Shown here: piece after piece, positions 43,877 to 53,295 of the stretch
Layout: every line of letters starts with the position of its first letter
Numbering within the stretch: position 1 is the stretch's first letter
From: Rhizorhapis sp.
GTDB lineage: Bacteria > Pseudomonadota > Alphaproteobacteria > Sphingomonadales > Sphingomonadaceae
Reading direction: 5' to 3'
Length of the DNA: 64,000 nucleotides
Assembly: GCF_035276005.1 (NCBI RefSeq)
Contig: NZ_DATEMB010000011.1
Location: forward strand, 29,175 to 93,174
Made by a program: the position numbers and the translations under genes
Notes under the pieces: model-generated
Seen by the model: the letters and a program-made list of their open reading frames with translations, nothing else
What the model was told of the DNA's origin: nothing
Databases searched by the model: none

Positions 43877-45250
43877 TCAGAAACTCTCTTCCTCATAGAT
43901 CCGGCTGAGGTCGCCTTTCCAGGCGCCGTGATAATGGTCGAGCAGGCGCTGGGCGGGGACTTTGCCGGTGCTGACAATCTCCTGAAGCGCGTCGAGATAG
44001 CCTGTTTCATTGTCGCCCGAGCCGTTGAGGCGGTTACGCGCGGTAAGGCCCGCTGAAGAAATCTCGACTATCTGCCGCGCGATGTCACGCAGCTTGCGTC
44101 CCCCCGGAATGGGTGCATCGAGAGCAAGACGGGGAACACTGTCGCGCAGAGCCTGGCGTTCCTCCATGGTCCAGCCCTTTACTACATCCCAGGCGGCATC
44201 GAGGGCTGCACCGTCGTAGAGCAGCCCGACCCAGAAGGCAGGAAGGGCGCAAATCCGGTTCCAGGGCCCGCCGTCCGCGCCGCGCATTTCAAGGAAGGTC
44301 TTCAGGCGCACTTCGGGGAAGGCGGTCGAGAGATGATCGCTCCAGTCGCTGAGCCGCGGCTTTTCGCCGGGAAGCGCGGGAAGTTCACCTCTCAGGAAAT
44401 CGCGGAAGCTCTGCCCCGCGGCATCGATATAGCGGCCGTCGCGATAGACGAAATACATCGGCACATCGAGCGCATAGTCAGCATAGCGTTCATAGCCAAA
44501 GCCATCCTCGAACACGAAAGGCAGCATGCCGGTGCGCGCGGGATCGGTATCCGACCAGATGTGGCTGCGATAGGAAAGAAAGCCGTTGGGCTTGCCTTCG
44601 GTAAAGGGGCTGTTGGCGAAAAGCGCGGTCGCGAGCGGCTGAAGCGCGAGCGAGGTGCGGAACATCTTCGCCATCATCGCTTCGCTGCAATAGTCGAGAT
44701 TGACCTGAATGGTGCAAGTGCGCAGCATCATGTCCAGACCCATTGTTCCAACGCGCGGCATGTGGCGCAGCATGATGCCGTAGCGCCCCTTGGGCATGAT
44801 GGGCAGCTCTTCGCGGGTCTTGTCAGGCCACATGCCAAGGCCCAGGAAACCAACGCCCAGCAGGTCGCCGACATGTTTAACCTGCTCCAGATGCCGGCCG
44901 GTCTCCGCGCAGGTTTGGTGAAGATTGTCGAGCGGCGCGCCCGACAATTCAAGCTGACCGGCGGGCTCCAGGCTGATCGTGCCGTCAGGGCCGGAAAGGG
45001 CAATGACGGTCTCCCCCTCGAACACTGGCTTCCAGCCATAGCGGGTAAGACCGCAGAGGAGGCTCTGAATGCCGCCTTCCTCCTCATAGGAGGGGGCGTG
45101 ATGATCCTTTAGCGAGTAGACGAACTTTTCATGTTCCGTCCCGATTTTCCATTTTTCCGGCGGTTTTTCGCCGCTCGCGAACAGGGCGACCAGTTGATCG
45201 CGGGATTCGATGGCAGGATCTTCTCCGCCGGACTCTGTGCGCGTGCTCAT
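43877..45250 (-). CDS. gshA: glutamate--cysteine ligase, plant/alphaproteobacterial type (GCS2)
   Basis: 457 aa containing KIGTEHEKF, LEPAGQLELSGAP, MLRTCTIQVNLD and FLEMRGADGGPW. Confidence 0.9.
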   Translation of the reverse strand: MSTRTESGGEDPAIESRDQLVALFASGEKPPEKWKIGTEHEKFVYSLKDHHAPSYEEEGGIQSLLCGLTRYGWKPVFEGETVIALSGPDGTISLEPAGQLELSGAPLDNLHQTCAETGRHLEQVKHVGDLLGVGFLGLGMWPDKTREELPIMPKGRYGIMLRHMPRVGTMGLDMMLRTCTIQVNLDYCSEAMMAKMFRTSLALQPLATALFANSPFTEGKPNGFLSYRSHIWSDTDPARTGMLPFVFEDGFGYERYADYALDVPMYFVYRDGRYIDAAGQSFRDFLRGELPALPGEKPRLSDWSDHLSTAFPEVRLKTFLEMRGADGGPWNRICALPAFWVGLLYDGAALDAAWDVVKGWTMEERQALRDSVPRLALDAPIPGGRKLRDIARQIVEISSAGLTARNRLNGSGDNETGYLDALQEIVSTGKVPAQRLLDHYHGAWKGDLSRIYEEESF

Positions 45251-45330
45251 GTCGGGCCTTTAACGGTTCGCCGCACTCCGGCCAATAGAAAAGTTTTCAA
45301 TTGTAACTAGAAATCGATAGAGATTGCCTA

Positions 45331-46098
45331 TCAATTCCAGTCGCCCGATAGAGCCATCCAAATAGAGGTGGCGGCGATTGCGGCGGTTTCCGCGCGCAGG
45401 ATGCGCGGGCCAAGCGAGACCGCCACAGCAGCGGGATGAGCGCGGATGAGGGCGCGTTCCTCATCATCGAAGCCGCCCTCCGGGCCGATCAGGAAGGCGG
45501 CTGGGCCGGGGCGGGAAGCCAGCGCTTGGGCCATTGGCGTGCCGCCCTGTTCATCGGCGAAAAAGAGGTGGCGGCCCTTGGGCCAGTTTGTGAGAAGCCC
45601 GGAAAGTTTCACCATCTCCGGCAGCTCCGGCAGGGCGGTGCGGCCGCATTGTTCAGCCGCTTCGACCAGATGCGATTGCAGGCGGGAGAGGTTGAGCCTG
45701 TCGACCACGGCTCTGCGCGTAAGGACCGGCTGAAGTCTCGCGACGCCCAACTCGCAGGCTTTCTCTGCGACCAGATCAATGCGGCCCTTCTTGATGGGAG
45801 CGGCGCAGAGCCAGAAGTCGGGAACCTTTTCCAGCGGCCTTGTCTGCTGGACGACGCGGAGGGTCACGTCGCGTTTGCGGATGTCATGCGCCTCTGCGGC
45901 CCATTCTCCGGTGCGATTGTCAAAGAGGAGGACGATGTCGCCCTCCTTCACCCGCATGACGGAGAGAAGATAATGGGCAGGGTTGCCGTCCAGGGGAACA
46001 GCCACGCCCTGACCCAGCGGCGCATCGACAAAAAGCCGGGGGGCGCTCTGAGGAGGCCAGGCGGGAGTTGCGGGCATGTCGGTCTTCTGTCTTTCCAC
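45331..46098 (-). CDS. rsmE: 16S rRNA (uracil1498-N3)-methyltransferase
   Basis: Contains RLFVDAPL, HYLLSVMRVKEGD, LIGPEGGFDDEE and LGPRILRAETAAIAA. An alternative start is ATG 46077. Confidence 0.88.
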   Translation of the reverse strand: MERQKTDMPATPAWPPQSAPRLFVDAPLGQGVAVPLDGNPAHYLLSVMRVKEGDIVLLFDNRTGEWAAEAHDIRKRDVTLRVVQQTRPLEKVPDFWLCAAPIKKGRIDLVAEKACELGVARLQPVLTRRAVVDRLNLSRLQSHLVEAAEQCGRTALPELPEMVKLSGLLTNWPKGRHLFFADEQGGTPMAQALASRPGPAAFLIGPEGGFDDEERALIRAHPAAVAVSLGPRILRAETAAIAATSIWMALSGDWN

Positions 46099-46119
46099 TT
46101 CTGGGCGATCCTCCTATTG

Positions 46120-46146
46120 CCGTTCGTATCGGGCGAAGTCGAGACA
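46120..46146. repeat. 27-nt repeat unit (ccgttcgtatcgggcgaagtcgagaca)
   Basis: Inverted partner of 43765-43791. It ends on the A of the candidate ubiA ATG (46146). Confidence 0.75.
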
Positions 46147-47102
46147 TGTTGAAACAGCTCAGTGTCCTTCGGCTTGGCTTGAGGCAGACGGAGGATGATT
46201 TGAGCGATACCATAGTCCCCGACACCCAAGCGCGCGGCCTGGTGGCGATGCTGCCAAGCGCCGCCCGCCCATTCGCATTGCTGGCACGTTTCGACCGGCC
46301 GGTCGGCTGGGTGCTGCTATTCTGGCCTGGGCCATGGGCCGTGGCGTTGGCGGGGGGCGCGGTCGAGCAATGGGACCTGATCCTGTGGTTGATGCTGGGC
46401 AGTATCGTCATGCGCGGGGCAGGATGCGTGTATAATGACATGGTGGATCGCGACCTGGACGCGCGAGTGGAGCGGACGCGAAGCCGCCCGCTTGCAAGCG
46501 GGGCCGTGTCGTTGAAGGCCGCTCTTGTGTGGCTGCTTGCCTTGTGCCTTGCCGGCCTGGTGGTGCTGGTCCAACTGTCGCCCTATGCAGCGGTGGTGGC
46601 GCTGGCGAGCCTTGCGCCCGTCGCGGCCTATCCTTTCATGAAGCGGATCACCTGGTGGCCGCAGGCTTGGCTGGGGCTGGTGTTCAGTTGGGCGGCGTTG
46701 GTGGGGTGGAGCGAGGTGGCAGGGATGCTCAGCTTGCCAGGTCTCACGCTCTACGCCGGCTGCATCTGCTGGGTGATCGGCTATGACAGCATCTATGCTT
46801 TGCAGGACAAGGAGGATGATGCCCTGATCGGCATCAAGTCGAGCGCGCTCCGCATGGGCCGGCATGTGCGGATGGGGGTGGCAATCTTCTACGCTGCGGC
46901 CCTGCTGTTCTGGGCGGCGGCGATCTGGCAGGTGCGGCCGCAGGCGCTGGCCCTGCTCGCGCTGTTGCCGATGGCAGTGCATCTCGCCTGGCAAGTGGCC
47001 GCATTGAAAGAAGATGGGATGGACCCCCTTTACAAGTTCCGGTCCAATCAATTTGCCGGCCTGCTAATGTTCCTGGGCTGTTTCGTGGTCGGAACGGCCT
47101 AG
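46146..47102 (+). CDS. ubiA: 4-hydroxybenzoate polyprenyltransferase
   Basis: Contains PFALLARFDRPVGWVLLFWP, GAGCVYNDMVDRDLDARVERTRSRPLASG and YALQDKEDD. The start is uncertain: the track gives 46068, which overlaps rsmE, and I prefer ATG 46146. Confidence 0.88.
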   Translation: MLKQLSVLRLGLRQTEDDLSDTIVPDTQARGLVAMLPSAARPFALLARFDRPVGWVLLFWPGPWAVALAGGAVEQWDLILWLMLGSIVMRGAGCVYNDMVDRDLDARVERTRSRPLASGAVSLKAALVWLLALCLAGLVVLVQLSPYAAVVALASLAPVAAYPFMKRITWWPQAWLGLVFSWAALVGWSEVAGMLSLPGLTLYAGCICWVIGYDSIYALQDKEDDALIGIKSSALRMGRHVRMGVAIFYAAALLFWAAAIWQVRPQALALLALLPMAVHLAWQVAALKEDGMDPLYKFRSNQFAGLLMFLGCFVVGTA

Positions 47103-47277
47103 CGCCATAAATATATAACGGGATCGCAATGAAAAAATTACACCACAGCTTTGCCATTAACTTCAACTTATCCAAATTGCGGCAAATCCATTCTCGAACG
47201 GGTCGAGAATATCTGCGGCAGCTAAGTCGTTACGACATGTAAATGAACGCTGAATTCCCGATTACTAATCCAGTTTA

Positions 47278-48327
47278 TTGAAGGAATTCAGTATGATGTG
47301 CTTTAACAAGCCCATGTCGTTATTGCTTGCGGCCTGTATTCCGGCTCTGACGGCCTGCGGCGGCGGTGAGTCGTCCTCCCCGGCAAGTGCCTCCCCATCG
47401 TCCACCTTGCAGACGGAGACGCTGGCGCTGACCGGCGGATCGGCGGAGCAGACGGCGGGAACGGCAGCAACCACCACGACCACGACCAGCGACACTGCGG
47501 TCACCACGGAAACGCTCCTGAAGTCGTTCAACACATGGACGGCCGCGCTGATCCAAATGGCGGGTGGCGTGGCGATCCGGATCAAGGGCACGGTGGAAAG
47601 CGCGACCGTGGGCCCGGTGCGTATCGAGGGCCCGAAATATGCGCTTTATACCGAAACGGGCGCGATTATCCGGAACCTCAATGTCCATGATTTCGAGGCC
47701 GTGGAACTGCAGCGCGAGGGCATTCGCCTGCGGGGCGATGTCAACGGAGTGACGATCAGGAACTTCAACATCCGCATGCGCGCGCAGCAACAGGTGTCGC
47801 CCGACCTGCCGATCGGCATCTCCATTTATGAAGGCAGCAACATCACCATCTCCGATGGCTATATCGGCGGCTTCCAGATGGTGACCGTGCCGGGCACCTA
47901 TACCAATGGAGACGGGATCGCGACTGAGCGGCCGGTGAACAGCATCCTCATCGAGCGAGTGACTTCCAACGACAACAGCGATGCGGGCTTTGACCTGAAG
48001 TCCAGCAACACGGTGCTCAACGACACCCATGCAGAGCGTAACAAGCGGAACTACCGCCTCTGGGCGACGGTGCGGACCGGCACGATTTACAGCGGGACGC
48101 CGCTGGTCAATGCCGAAGCCGCGCATGTGTGGGTCAATACCGGCGCCGACGTGGTCATCGACAAGCTGGTCGCGACCTCCACGACGACGGCGCCGGTGCT
48201 GTATATCGAACCTGATGCGAAGAGCGTCACCGTCAATTCCTGCGAGCTTGACGTTCCGGTTGGAACCAAATTCTTCATTGGCGGCAAATATACCGTGAAG
48301 AGCTTTGGCCCCGGATGCGCGCTTTAG
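47278..48327 (+). CDS. lipoprotein with Thr/Ser-rich linker and probable right-handed beta-helix domain
   Basis: The lipobox is LLLAACIPALTACGGG and the linker is TAATTTTTTSDTAVTT. Repetitive segments of the type xIRNxNI / ITISDGYI / ILIERVTSNDN suggest a pectate-lyase-like fold. The start may be ATG 47293. The region upstream (47100-47280) is AT-rich. Confidence 0.6.
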   Translation: MKEFSMMCFNKPMSLLLAACIPALTACGGGESSSPASASPSSTLQTETLALTGGSAEQTAGTAATTTTTTSDTAVTTETLLKSFNTWTAALIQMAGGVAIRIKGTVESATVGPVRIEGPKYALYTETGAIIRNLNVHDFEAVELQREGIRLRGDVNGVTIRNFNIRMRAQQQVSPDLPIGISIYEGSNITISDGYIGGFQMVTVPGTYTNGDGIATERPVNSILIERVTSNDNSDAGFDLKSSNTVLNDTHAERNKRNYRLWATVRTGTIYSGTPLVNAEAAHVWVNTGADVVIDKLVATSTTTAPVLYIEPDAKSVTVNSCELDVPVGTKFFIGGKYTVKSFGPGCAL

Positions 48328-48474
48328 CGGCAATTGCCGGGTTATGGGTGCTGTTCGAGGGATAGGTTTCACAATCCCCTAATCCAGGTTAATTCGTGGG
48401 CGGCCCACCCGCGTTACGCTTCCTTTTTGATTCAGGAAAAGGGCGGCCTTCCGCCGCCCGCGGGAGCAGTAGCC

Positions 48475-49230
48475 ATGAACATGCACTTTGCCGACAGATT
48501 GCGTAGCCGCAGCCAATGGAGCCGCAGGGGTCGCGGAAGCCGGAACTATCCGCGTATATCCCTGCTGTCTTTGGCAGGGACCATCGGAGTGGCGGGACTT
48601 GGTTATCTCGTCTGGCGCATGGCATCCGGAAAGAGCGAGGAAGGTGAGACGAAGCAACCTGCTCAGGGAAGCCAGACCTCCAGCAGCGGCCGTTGGTGGC
48701 AGAATTTGCTGCCCCATATGAGCGAAGCTTCCCGCATCGACAGCCTGGAGGCGCTTTATGTGGCTGAACTGCAGGAATTGCGTCATGCGGATGGAGAATT
48801 GACTGCCTTGCTTTCGCGCCTCGCCAAAGCAGCGCACAATGACGAGCTGGCCAAGCGGCTGCGGCGGCACGAAGGCAAAATCGAGGTTCAGCGCAGACGG
48901 ATCTCGGAGATCATCCAGCAATGCGGCGCCTCGGCCAGGACACACAAGGATGACGCGATGCGGGCCCTGGAGGCCGAAGCGCACAAGATGTTGAAGATAA
49001 GGGGCGATGCATCGCTGCGCGACGCAGCCATCATCGCTTCCTTTCAGCGGATCGTCCACTACCGGATCGCGACGCTGGGAACGATCGCCGCTTATGCCCA
49101 GCTACTTGGCCGCAATGCCGAAGCCAGCGAATTTGCGGAATGGTCGGACGCCGAAGGAAAGCTGGACCATGATCTGACGGAGCTTGCGGAAGCCACGATC
49201 AACAGGACCGCCAAGCAGGAGGGGGTCTGA
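48475..49230 (+). CDS. DUF892 (YciE/YciF ferritin-like) family protein with N-terminal TM extension
   Basis: Starts MNMHFADRLRS, followed by the TM segment ISLLSLAGTIGVAGLGYLVW. Then EALYVAELQELRHADGELTALLSRLAKAAHNDELAKRLRRHEGKIEVQRRRI follows. Confidence 0.7.
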   Translation: MNMHFADRLRSRSQWSRRGRGSRNYPRISLLSLAGTIGVAGLGYLVWRMASGKSEEGETKQPAQGSQTSSSGRWWQNLLPHMSEASRIDSLEALYVAELQELRHADGELTALLSRLAKAAHNDELAKRLRRHEGKIEVQRRRISEIIQQCGASARTHKDDAMRALEAEAHKMLKIRGDASLRDAAIIASFQRIVHYRIATLGTIAAYAQLLGRNAEASEFAEWSDAEGKLDHDLTELAEATINRTAKQEGV

Positions 49231-49258
49231 AGGGACTTTTGGCCCGGCGCAGATCCTC

Positions 49259-49945
49259 TCACGCATTGAGCGCATTGATCGCCCTGTGGACCCGTTGCTC
49301 GGCCTCCGCGCGCGGCAGACCGGGAGGGATGATCTCTCCCACGCGGAAAGTGACTACCCCTGGCCGCTTCAGAAAGCTGTTCCTGGGAGATACCCGTCCG
49401 CTGTCGAGGGCAACGGGAACGACCGGCACTTTCAGCATCTTGTAGAGGCCTGCAAAACCTGACCGGAGCGGTGGTCTTTCCCCATGGGGCACGCGCGTGC
49501 CCTCCGGGAACAGGCAGAGCGGGCGTTCGTCGGCCAAGGCGCGAGTGGCGGCTCTCATCATCGCCCGCAATGCCGTGGCCCCGGCGTCGCGTTCCACGGG
49601 AATGACGCCATGGGCAAGGGCCAACCTTCCCCACAAGGGCATTCGGGTGAGTTCCGCCTTGGCGAGGATCGCAGGCTTTTCGAACAGGCCTAATATCTCG
49701 ATGGTTTCGAACATGGCTTCATGTTTGAAGACATAGAGAAATGGACCTTCGGGCATTTCGCCCTCCACCCGCACCCGTTGGCCGAGCAGCCTTGTCACGC
49801 AGAAACGATGCAGCCATGCCCAGCTTCGTGCCGCCCGGATCATCGCAGGCTGCCCAAGGGGCAGCATGGCGGTTGCCGCCAGGACATAGAGCAAGCTCAT
49901 CGGATAGAAGATGGCGGTGTAAAGGAGCGAGCGCAGCAGTACCAT
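49259..49945 (-). CDS. plsC: 1-acyl-sn-glycerol-3-phosphate acyltransferase
   Basis: The start is ATG 49945 (MVLLRSLLYTAIFYP). It has the HX4D-like box FKHEAMFETI and LFPEGTR. The track ORF from 50302 is an upstream extension across the DUF218 gene. Confidence 0.8.
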   Translation of the reverse strand: MVLLRSLLYTAIFYPMSLLYVLAATAMLPLGQPAMIRAARSWAWLHRFCVTRLLGQRVRVEGEMPEGPFLYVFKHEAMFETIEILGLFEKPAILAKAELTRMPLWGRLALAHGVIPVERDAGATALRAMMRAATRALADERPLCLFPEGTRVPHGERPPLRSGFAGLYKMLKVPVVPVALDSGRVSPRNSFLKRPGVVTFRVGEIIPPGLPRAEAEQRVHRAINALNA

Positions 49946-49946
49946 T

Positions 49947-50480
49947 TCAAATTCCAAGCAGCCCTGCCGCCCGGCGGAGCAGATATTTATTATACTCCTT
50001 GAACAATATGCTGAGGCTGGGGCGACTGCTGACGGCGTCTGCCTCGATATCCACCGAGCCCGGCAAGGCCTGTTCCAGCTCGAAACGGGCGCGGCGCATG
50101 TGCCAGTCCGTGGTGATGAGGCGCACGGAGCGGTATTTGCGCCGCTCGATCCAATGTGCCGTCTCGATGCCGTTGGACCGGGTGTCGACCGCCTCATGTC
50201 CCAGCGTGACGCAGCATTCGAACAGGCTTTCGGGCGCCTCATAGGCAAGGGCGAGTTCGGAAGGGCGAACGTCGCGGTCGACGCCGGAGATGAGCATTGC
50301 ATCCGCTGTGCTCGCTTTCAGCAGCTCCAACCCCCGGCCGATCCGGCCCGACCCGCCGGTCAGCACGACAATGGCATCCGTCTTGCGCTCCGGCCCCAGG
50401 GGCTGCGGCAGCAGGAGGGCGAACCAGGCAAAGCCCAGCAGCCAGGCGAGCAGCAGGAAGGACAGAAGGCGGCGGATCAT
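49947..50480 (-). CDS. YdcF/ElyC-like DUF218 protein
   Basis: N-terminal TM helix, then DAIVVLTGGSGRIGRGLELL, TRSNGIETAHWI and LITTDWHMRRA. Confidence 0.78.
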   Translation of the reverse strand: MIRRLLSFLLLAWLLGFAWFALLLPQPLGPERKTDAIVVLTGGSGRIGRGLELLKASTADAMLISGVDRDVRPSELALAYEAPESLFECCVTLGHEAVDTRSNGIETAHWIERRKYRSVRLITTDWHMRRARFELEQALPGSVDIEADAVSSRPSLSILFKEYNKYLLRRAAGLLGI

Positions 50481-51364
50481 AGCGAACGTCTCAGGGCTTT
50501 AAGTACCGTCGTTCTCGCCGTCAGCATCGAAAGCAGGACGCCGCCCATGGGAAGGAGCAGGAGTATGGCCCAGCCATAATCGGGAAGGGCAGTGGCGCCG
50601 ATAAGGTCCGATCCGATCTTCCGTCCCAGCACACCCAGCAAGGCGAGCACCCCGCCAGCGCCGGCAAGCCCAACCAAGCCGCCGAACAGCGCATCAAGAG
50701 CGATGCGGCGCTGGAACAGGCGCGCGATCTGAAGATCGGTCGCCCCCATGAGGTGCAGCACGTCTATCGTGGTGCGGTGGCTGTTATGCGCCGCGCGGGC
50801 CGCGAGCACGACAATCGCGGCGGTGGCAAGCGTCATGAGCAGCACCAGCGCAAGTGAGAGCCATTTGAGCGCCTGCACAAGCTGCCCCAGGGGATCAAGG
50901 AAGGCGGCATGCGGCTCCACCCGTGCGGAAGGCGCGATGGCCGTAACCGCGTCCCGCAACGCGCCTATCCCTTGGGCTCCGGGAGCGAGCTCAATGTCGA
51001 TCATGGCGGGAATCGGCAGTTCCGCATCGCCAAGGTCGTCGCCCAGCCACGGACGAAGCGCGGCCTTCAGTTCCGTATCGCTCACGCGGGCGATGCCAGC
51101 GACCGCCGGATAACGGCGAAGCTCAGCCATGATGCGGCCAGCCTGCTCTTCGCGGATTTCGGCATCGGCCTCAACGATCTGGATCGTCGCGCGCCCCGCA
51201 AGGTCCGCCCGTAGCGAGCGGGCGGCATGATCAAGACCGATGCCCGCCGCAGCCGCAAGGATGGCAAGGAACATCATGATCGCGATGACCCACGGCATCG
51301 GGCCGGACAAGCGGCCTTCGGGCAGCACGCGCCGGATGGCAACGTTCCTTCGTCCCCTGCGCAT
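50477..51364 (-). CDS. ftsX: cell-division ABC transporter permease FtsX
   Basis: 295 aa with 4 TM helices and a large periplasmic loop. It lies directly downstream of ftsE and forms a 4-nt overlap with the next gene. Confidence 0.85.
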   Translation of the reverse strand: MRRGRRNVAIRRVLPEGRLSGPMPWVIAIMMFLAILAAAAGIGLDHAARSLRADLAGRATIQIVEADAEIREEQAGRIMAELRRYPAVAGIARVSDTELKAALRPWLGDDLGDAELPIPAMIDIELAPGAQGIGALRDAVTAIAPSARVEPHAAFLDPLGQLVQALKWLSLALVLLMTLATAAIVVLAARAAHNSHRTTIDVLHLMGATDLQIARLFQRRIALDALFGGLVGLAGAGGVLALLGVLGRKIGSDLIGATALPDYGWAILLLLPMGGVLLSMLTARTTVLKALRRSL

Positions 51365-51366
51365 GT

Positions 51367-52116
51367 TCAGCGCCCCTCCTGCGCCGCGGGCTGGACTGGG
51401 CGCGGCGGATAGCGGAGCGCCCCTGTCGGGTCAGAAAGACGCCCCTTTTCAAGGCGCATCATATGCGCGCCGGGCAGACGGCTCAGTAGATGGACGTCGT
51501 GGGTGGCGACGACCACCGTCGTGCCAAGCTTGTTCAGCGCTTCGAACAAATGCATCAGCCGCTGCGCCATTTCGGGATCGACATTGCCGGTGGGTTCGTC
51601 GGCGACCAAAATCTCCGGCCTGCCAATGACGGCGCGGGCAATCGCTACGCGCTGTTGTTCGCCGCCGGAAAGTGTCGCCGGGCGGGCGCTGGCGCGATCG
51701 GCAAGCCCGACCCAGCCAAGCAGTTCATTCACCGGCGTTTCAAGCTCCTTTTCCGAAACGCCGGACACCCGGAGCGGCAGGGCGATATTGTCAAAGGCGG
51801 AAAGGTGCGGCACCAGGCGGAAATCCTGGAAAACCACTCCGATACGCCGCCGGAAACCGGGCAACCGCTTGCGGGGAAGCGTCACCACATCTTCTCCGAA
51901 CATCCTGATAAGCCCCCGGCTCGGCCGCTGGGCCAGATAAAGCAGCTTGAGCAGCGACGTTTTCCCGGCGCCCGATGCGCCGGTCAGGAAATAAAAGGCG
52001 CCTTTGTCAAGGGCGAGATTGATGTCGGACAGGATTTCCGCGCCCAATCCATAGCGCAGTCCGACATTTTCAAACTGGACGATGCTGGACAAGGGTCCGC
52101 CCGCTCCTTCTTCCAC
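51367..52116 (-). CDS. ftsE: cell-division ATP-binding protein FtsE
   Basis: Walker A GASGAGKTS, signature LSGGEQQRVAIARA, Walker B ILVADEPTGNVD. The start is not certain. Confidence 0.9.
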   Translation of the reverse strand: MEEGAGGPLSSIVQFENVGLRYGLGAEILSDINLALDKGAFYFLTGASGAGKTSLLKLLYLAQRPSRGLIRMFGEDVVTLPRKRLPGFRRRIGVVFQDFRLVPHLSAFDNIALPLRVSGVSEKELETPVNELLGWVGLADRASARPATLSGGEQQRVAIARAVIGRPEILVADEPTGNVDPEMAQRLMHLFEALNKLGTTVVVATHDVHLLSRLPGAHMMRLEKGRLSDPTGALRYPPRPVQPAAQEGR

Positions 52117-52213
52117 CCCTTAACTATTCATGCCATCGCACAGCCACGCCTTGCCCGTAAAGTCATGAAAAAAGGCGGCCCCATCTTCAGCGCTTGCTCT
52201 TGACGCCCAAGCT

Positions 52214-52999
52214 GTGTTTAGAAGCGGAATGATCCTTGTCTGCCCGCAATGCGCCACGCGCTATATCGTGCCTGACAGTGCTATTGGCCCCGGTGGGCGA
52301 TCGGTCAGATGCGCGGCTTGCAGGCATAGCTGGTTCCAGGAAGGTGCTCAGCTTCCGCCGCGCGAAGAGGCGGTGCCGGTGATGGCGGAGGCGGCAGGCG
52401 TGACTGCTGCGGCCGCGGCAGAAACCATCCCTCCGGTCAGCGAGCTGGCCGCCCCGGCCCCACCCCCTTCCATGCAGTTCGACCGGCCTGAGCCGGACGC
52501 CGGCGAGGAACCGGCGGTCGAGGAACAGCAGGCGAGCAGCTTTGCGCACGAGCCGCCTTTCCGCCCGCGCCGCAACCCTGCCAAGCTCTGGACCATGGCC
52601 GCTATCGCCTTCGCCATGGCCGTGGCTGCGCTTGGCGGCGCGCTCTATTATCTCGGCACGCCGGGCTGGGCTGTGAACCTGGGTTTAACGGCTGAAGGCA
52701 CGGACCCTGACCTTCTGCTCGACATGCCACGCAAGCCTGAGCGGCGGCAGCTTCCCTCGGGCGATGAATATTTCGCTTTTTCCGGCCGCATAGTGAACGC
52801 CAGCGACCGGTCACTGGCCGTGCCGCCCATCGTCGTGGAGATGCGCGACGATCAGGATCGGCTGGTGTTCGGCTGGACCATAAGGCCGCCGGTCAAGGAA
52901 CTGGGCCCCGGCGATCAGGCGACTTTTCATGAAAGCCGCATCGATATCCCCAAAAAGGCACGAAATCTGACTCTTACCTTCGCCGATAGCGGCGCTTGA
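52214..52999 (+). CDS. MJ0042-type zinc-ribbon protein with one TM helix
   Basis: MILVCPQCATRYIVPDSAIGPGGRSVRCAACRHSWF is followed by a Pro/Ala-rich linker, a TM helix and a C-terminal domain. This is a common neighbour of ftsE in alphaproteobacteria. The start may be ATG 52229. Confidence 0.75.
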   Translation: MFRSGMILVCPQCATRYIVPDSAIGPGGRSVRCAACRHSWFQEGAQLPPREEAVPVMAEAAGVTAAAAAETIPPVSELAAPAPPPSMQFDRPEPDAGEEPAVEEQQASSFAHEPPFRPRRNPAKLWTMAAIAFAMAVAALGGALYYLGTPGWAVNLGLTAEGTDPDLLLDMPRKPERRQLPSGDEYFAFSGRIVNASDRSLAVPPIVVEMRDDQDRLVFGWTIRPPVKELGPGDQATFHESRIDIPKKARNLTLTFADSGA

Positions 53000-53124
53000 T
53001 CCAGCGATCCGGCCGCCCTGAGGAAAAATCAGCCGCATGGACGTTTCATCAGTTGCGCTGCCCGATCCGCTTTGCTAATGGCACGCCCCTGCCAGATGCC
53101 GGTTTGCCCGGCAGTTCATTGTGT

Positions 53125-53211
53125 GCGGTCGTGGCGGAACTGGTAGACGCGCAACGTTGAGGTCGTTGTGGCCGAAAGGCCGTGGAAGTTCGAGTCTTCT
53201 CGACCGCACCA
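53125..53211 (+). tRNA. tRNA-Leu (anticodon GAG)
   Basis: GCGGTCGTGGCGGAACTGGTAGACGCGCAACGTTGAGGTCGTTGTGGCCGAAAGGCCGTGGAAGTTCGAGTCTTCTCGACCGCACCA. It has a 7-bp acceptor stem, the anticodon loop UUGAGGU, a long variable arm (class II) and an encoded CCA. Confidence 0.92.
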
Positions 53212-53217
53212 GAACTT

Positions 53218-53248
53218 AATCCAAGCATTTCAAATGCTTGGATTTTAT
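53218..53248 (+). terminator. hairpin plus T-tract immediately after tRNA-Leu
   Basis: aatccaagcattt-c-aaatgcttggatt forms a perfect 13-bp stem and is followed by ttta. Confidence 0.6.
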
Positions 53249-53295
53249 GGGTGAGTTCGAAATCCTCATTCCACCTTCTGTTTCACCTTTCGGCG

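Noticed and set aside
47320-48372. 350-aa ORF on the minus strand
   Set aside because: It is antisense to the beta-helix lipoprotein gene. Its sequence is Arg-rich (GRGRGGCCRSRRLLRRS) with no motifs. The plus-strand frame has a lipobox and a coherent repeat structure.
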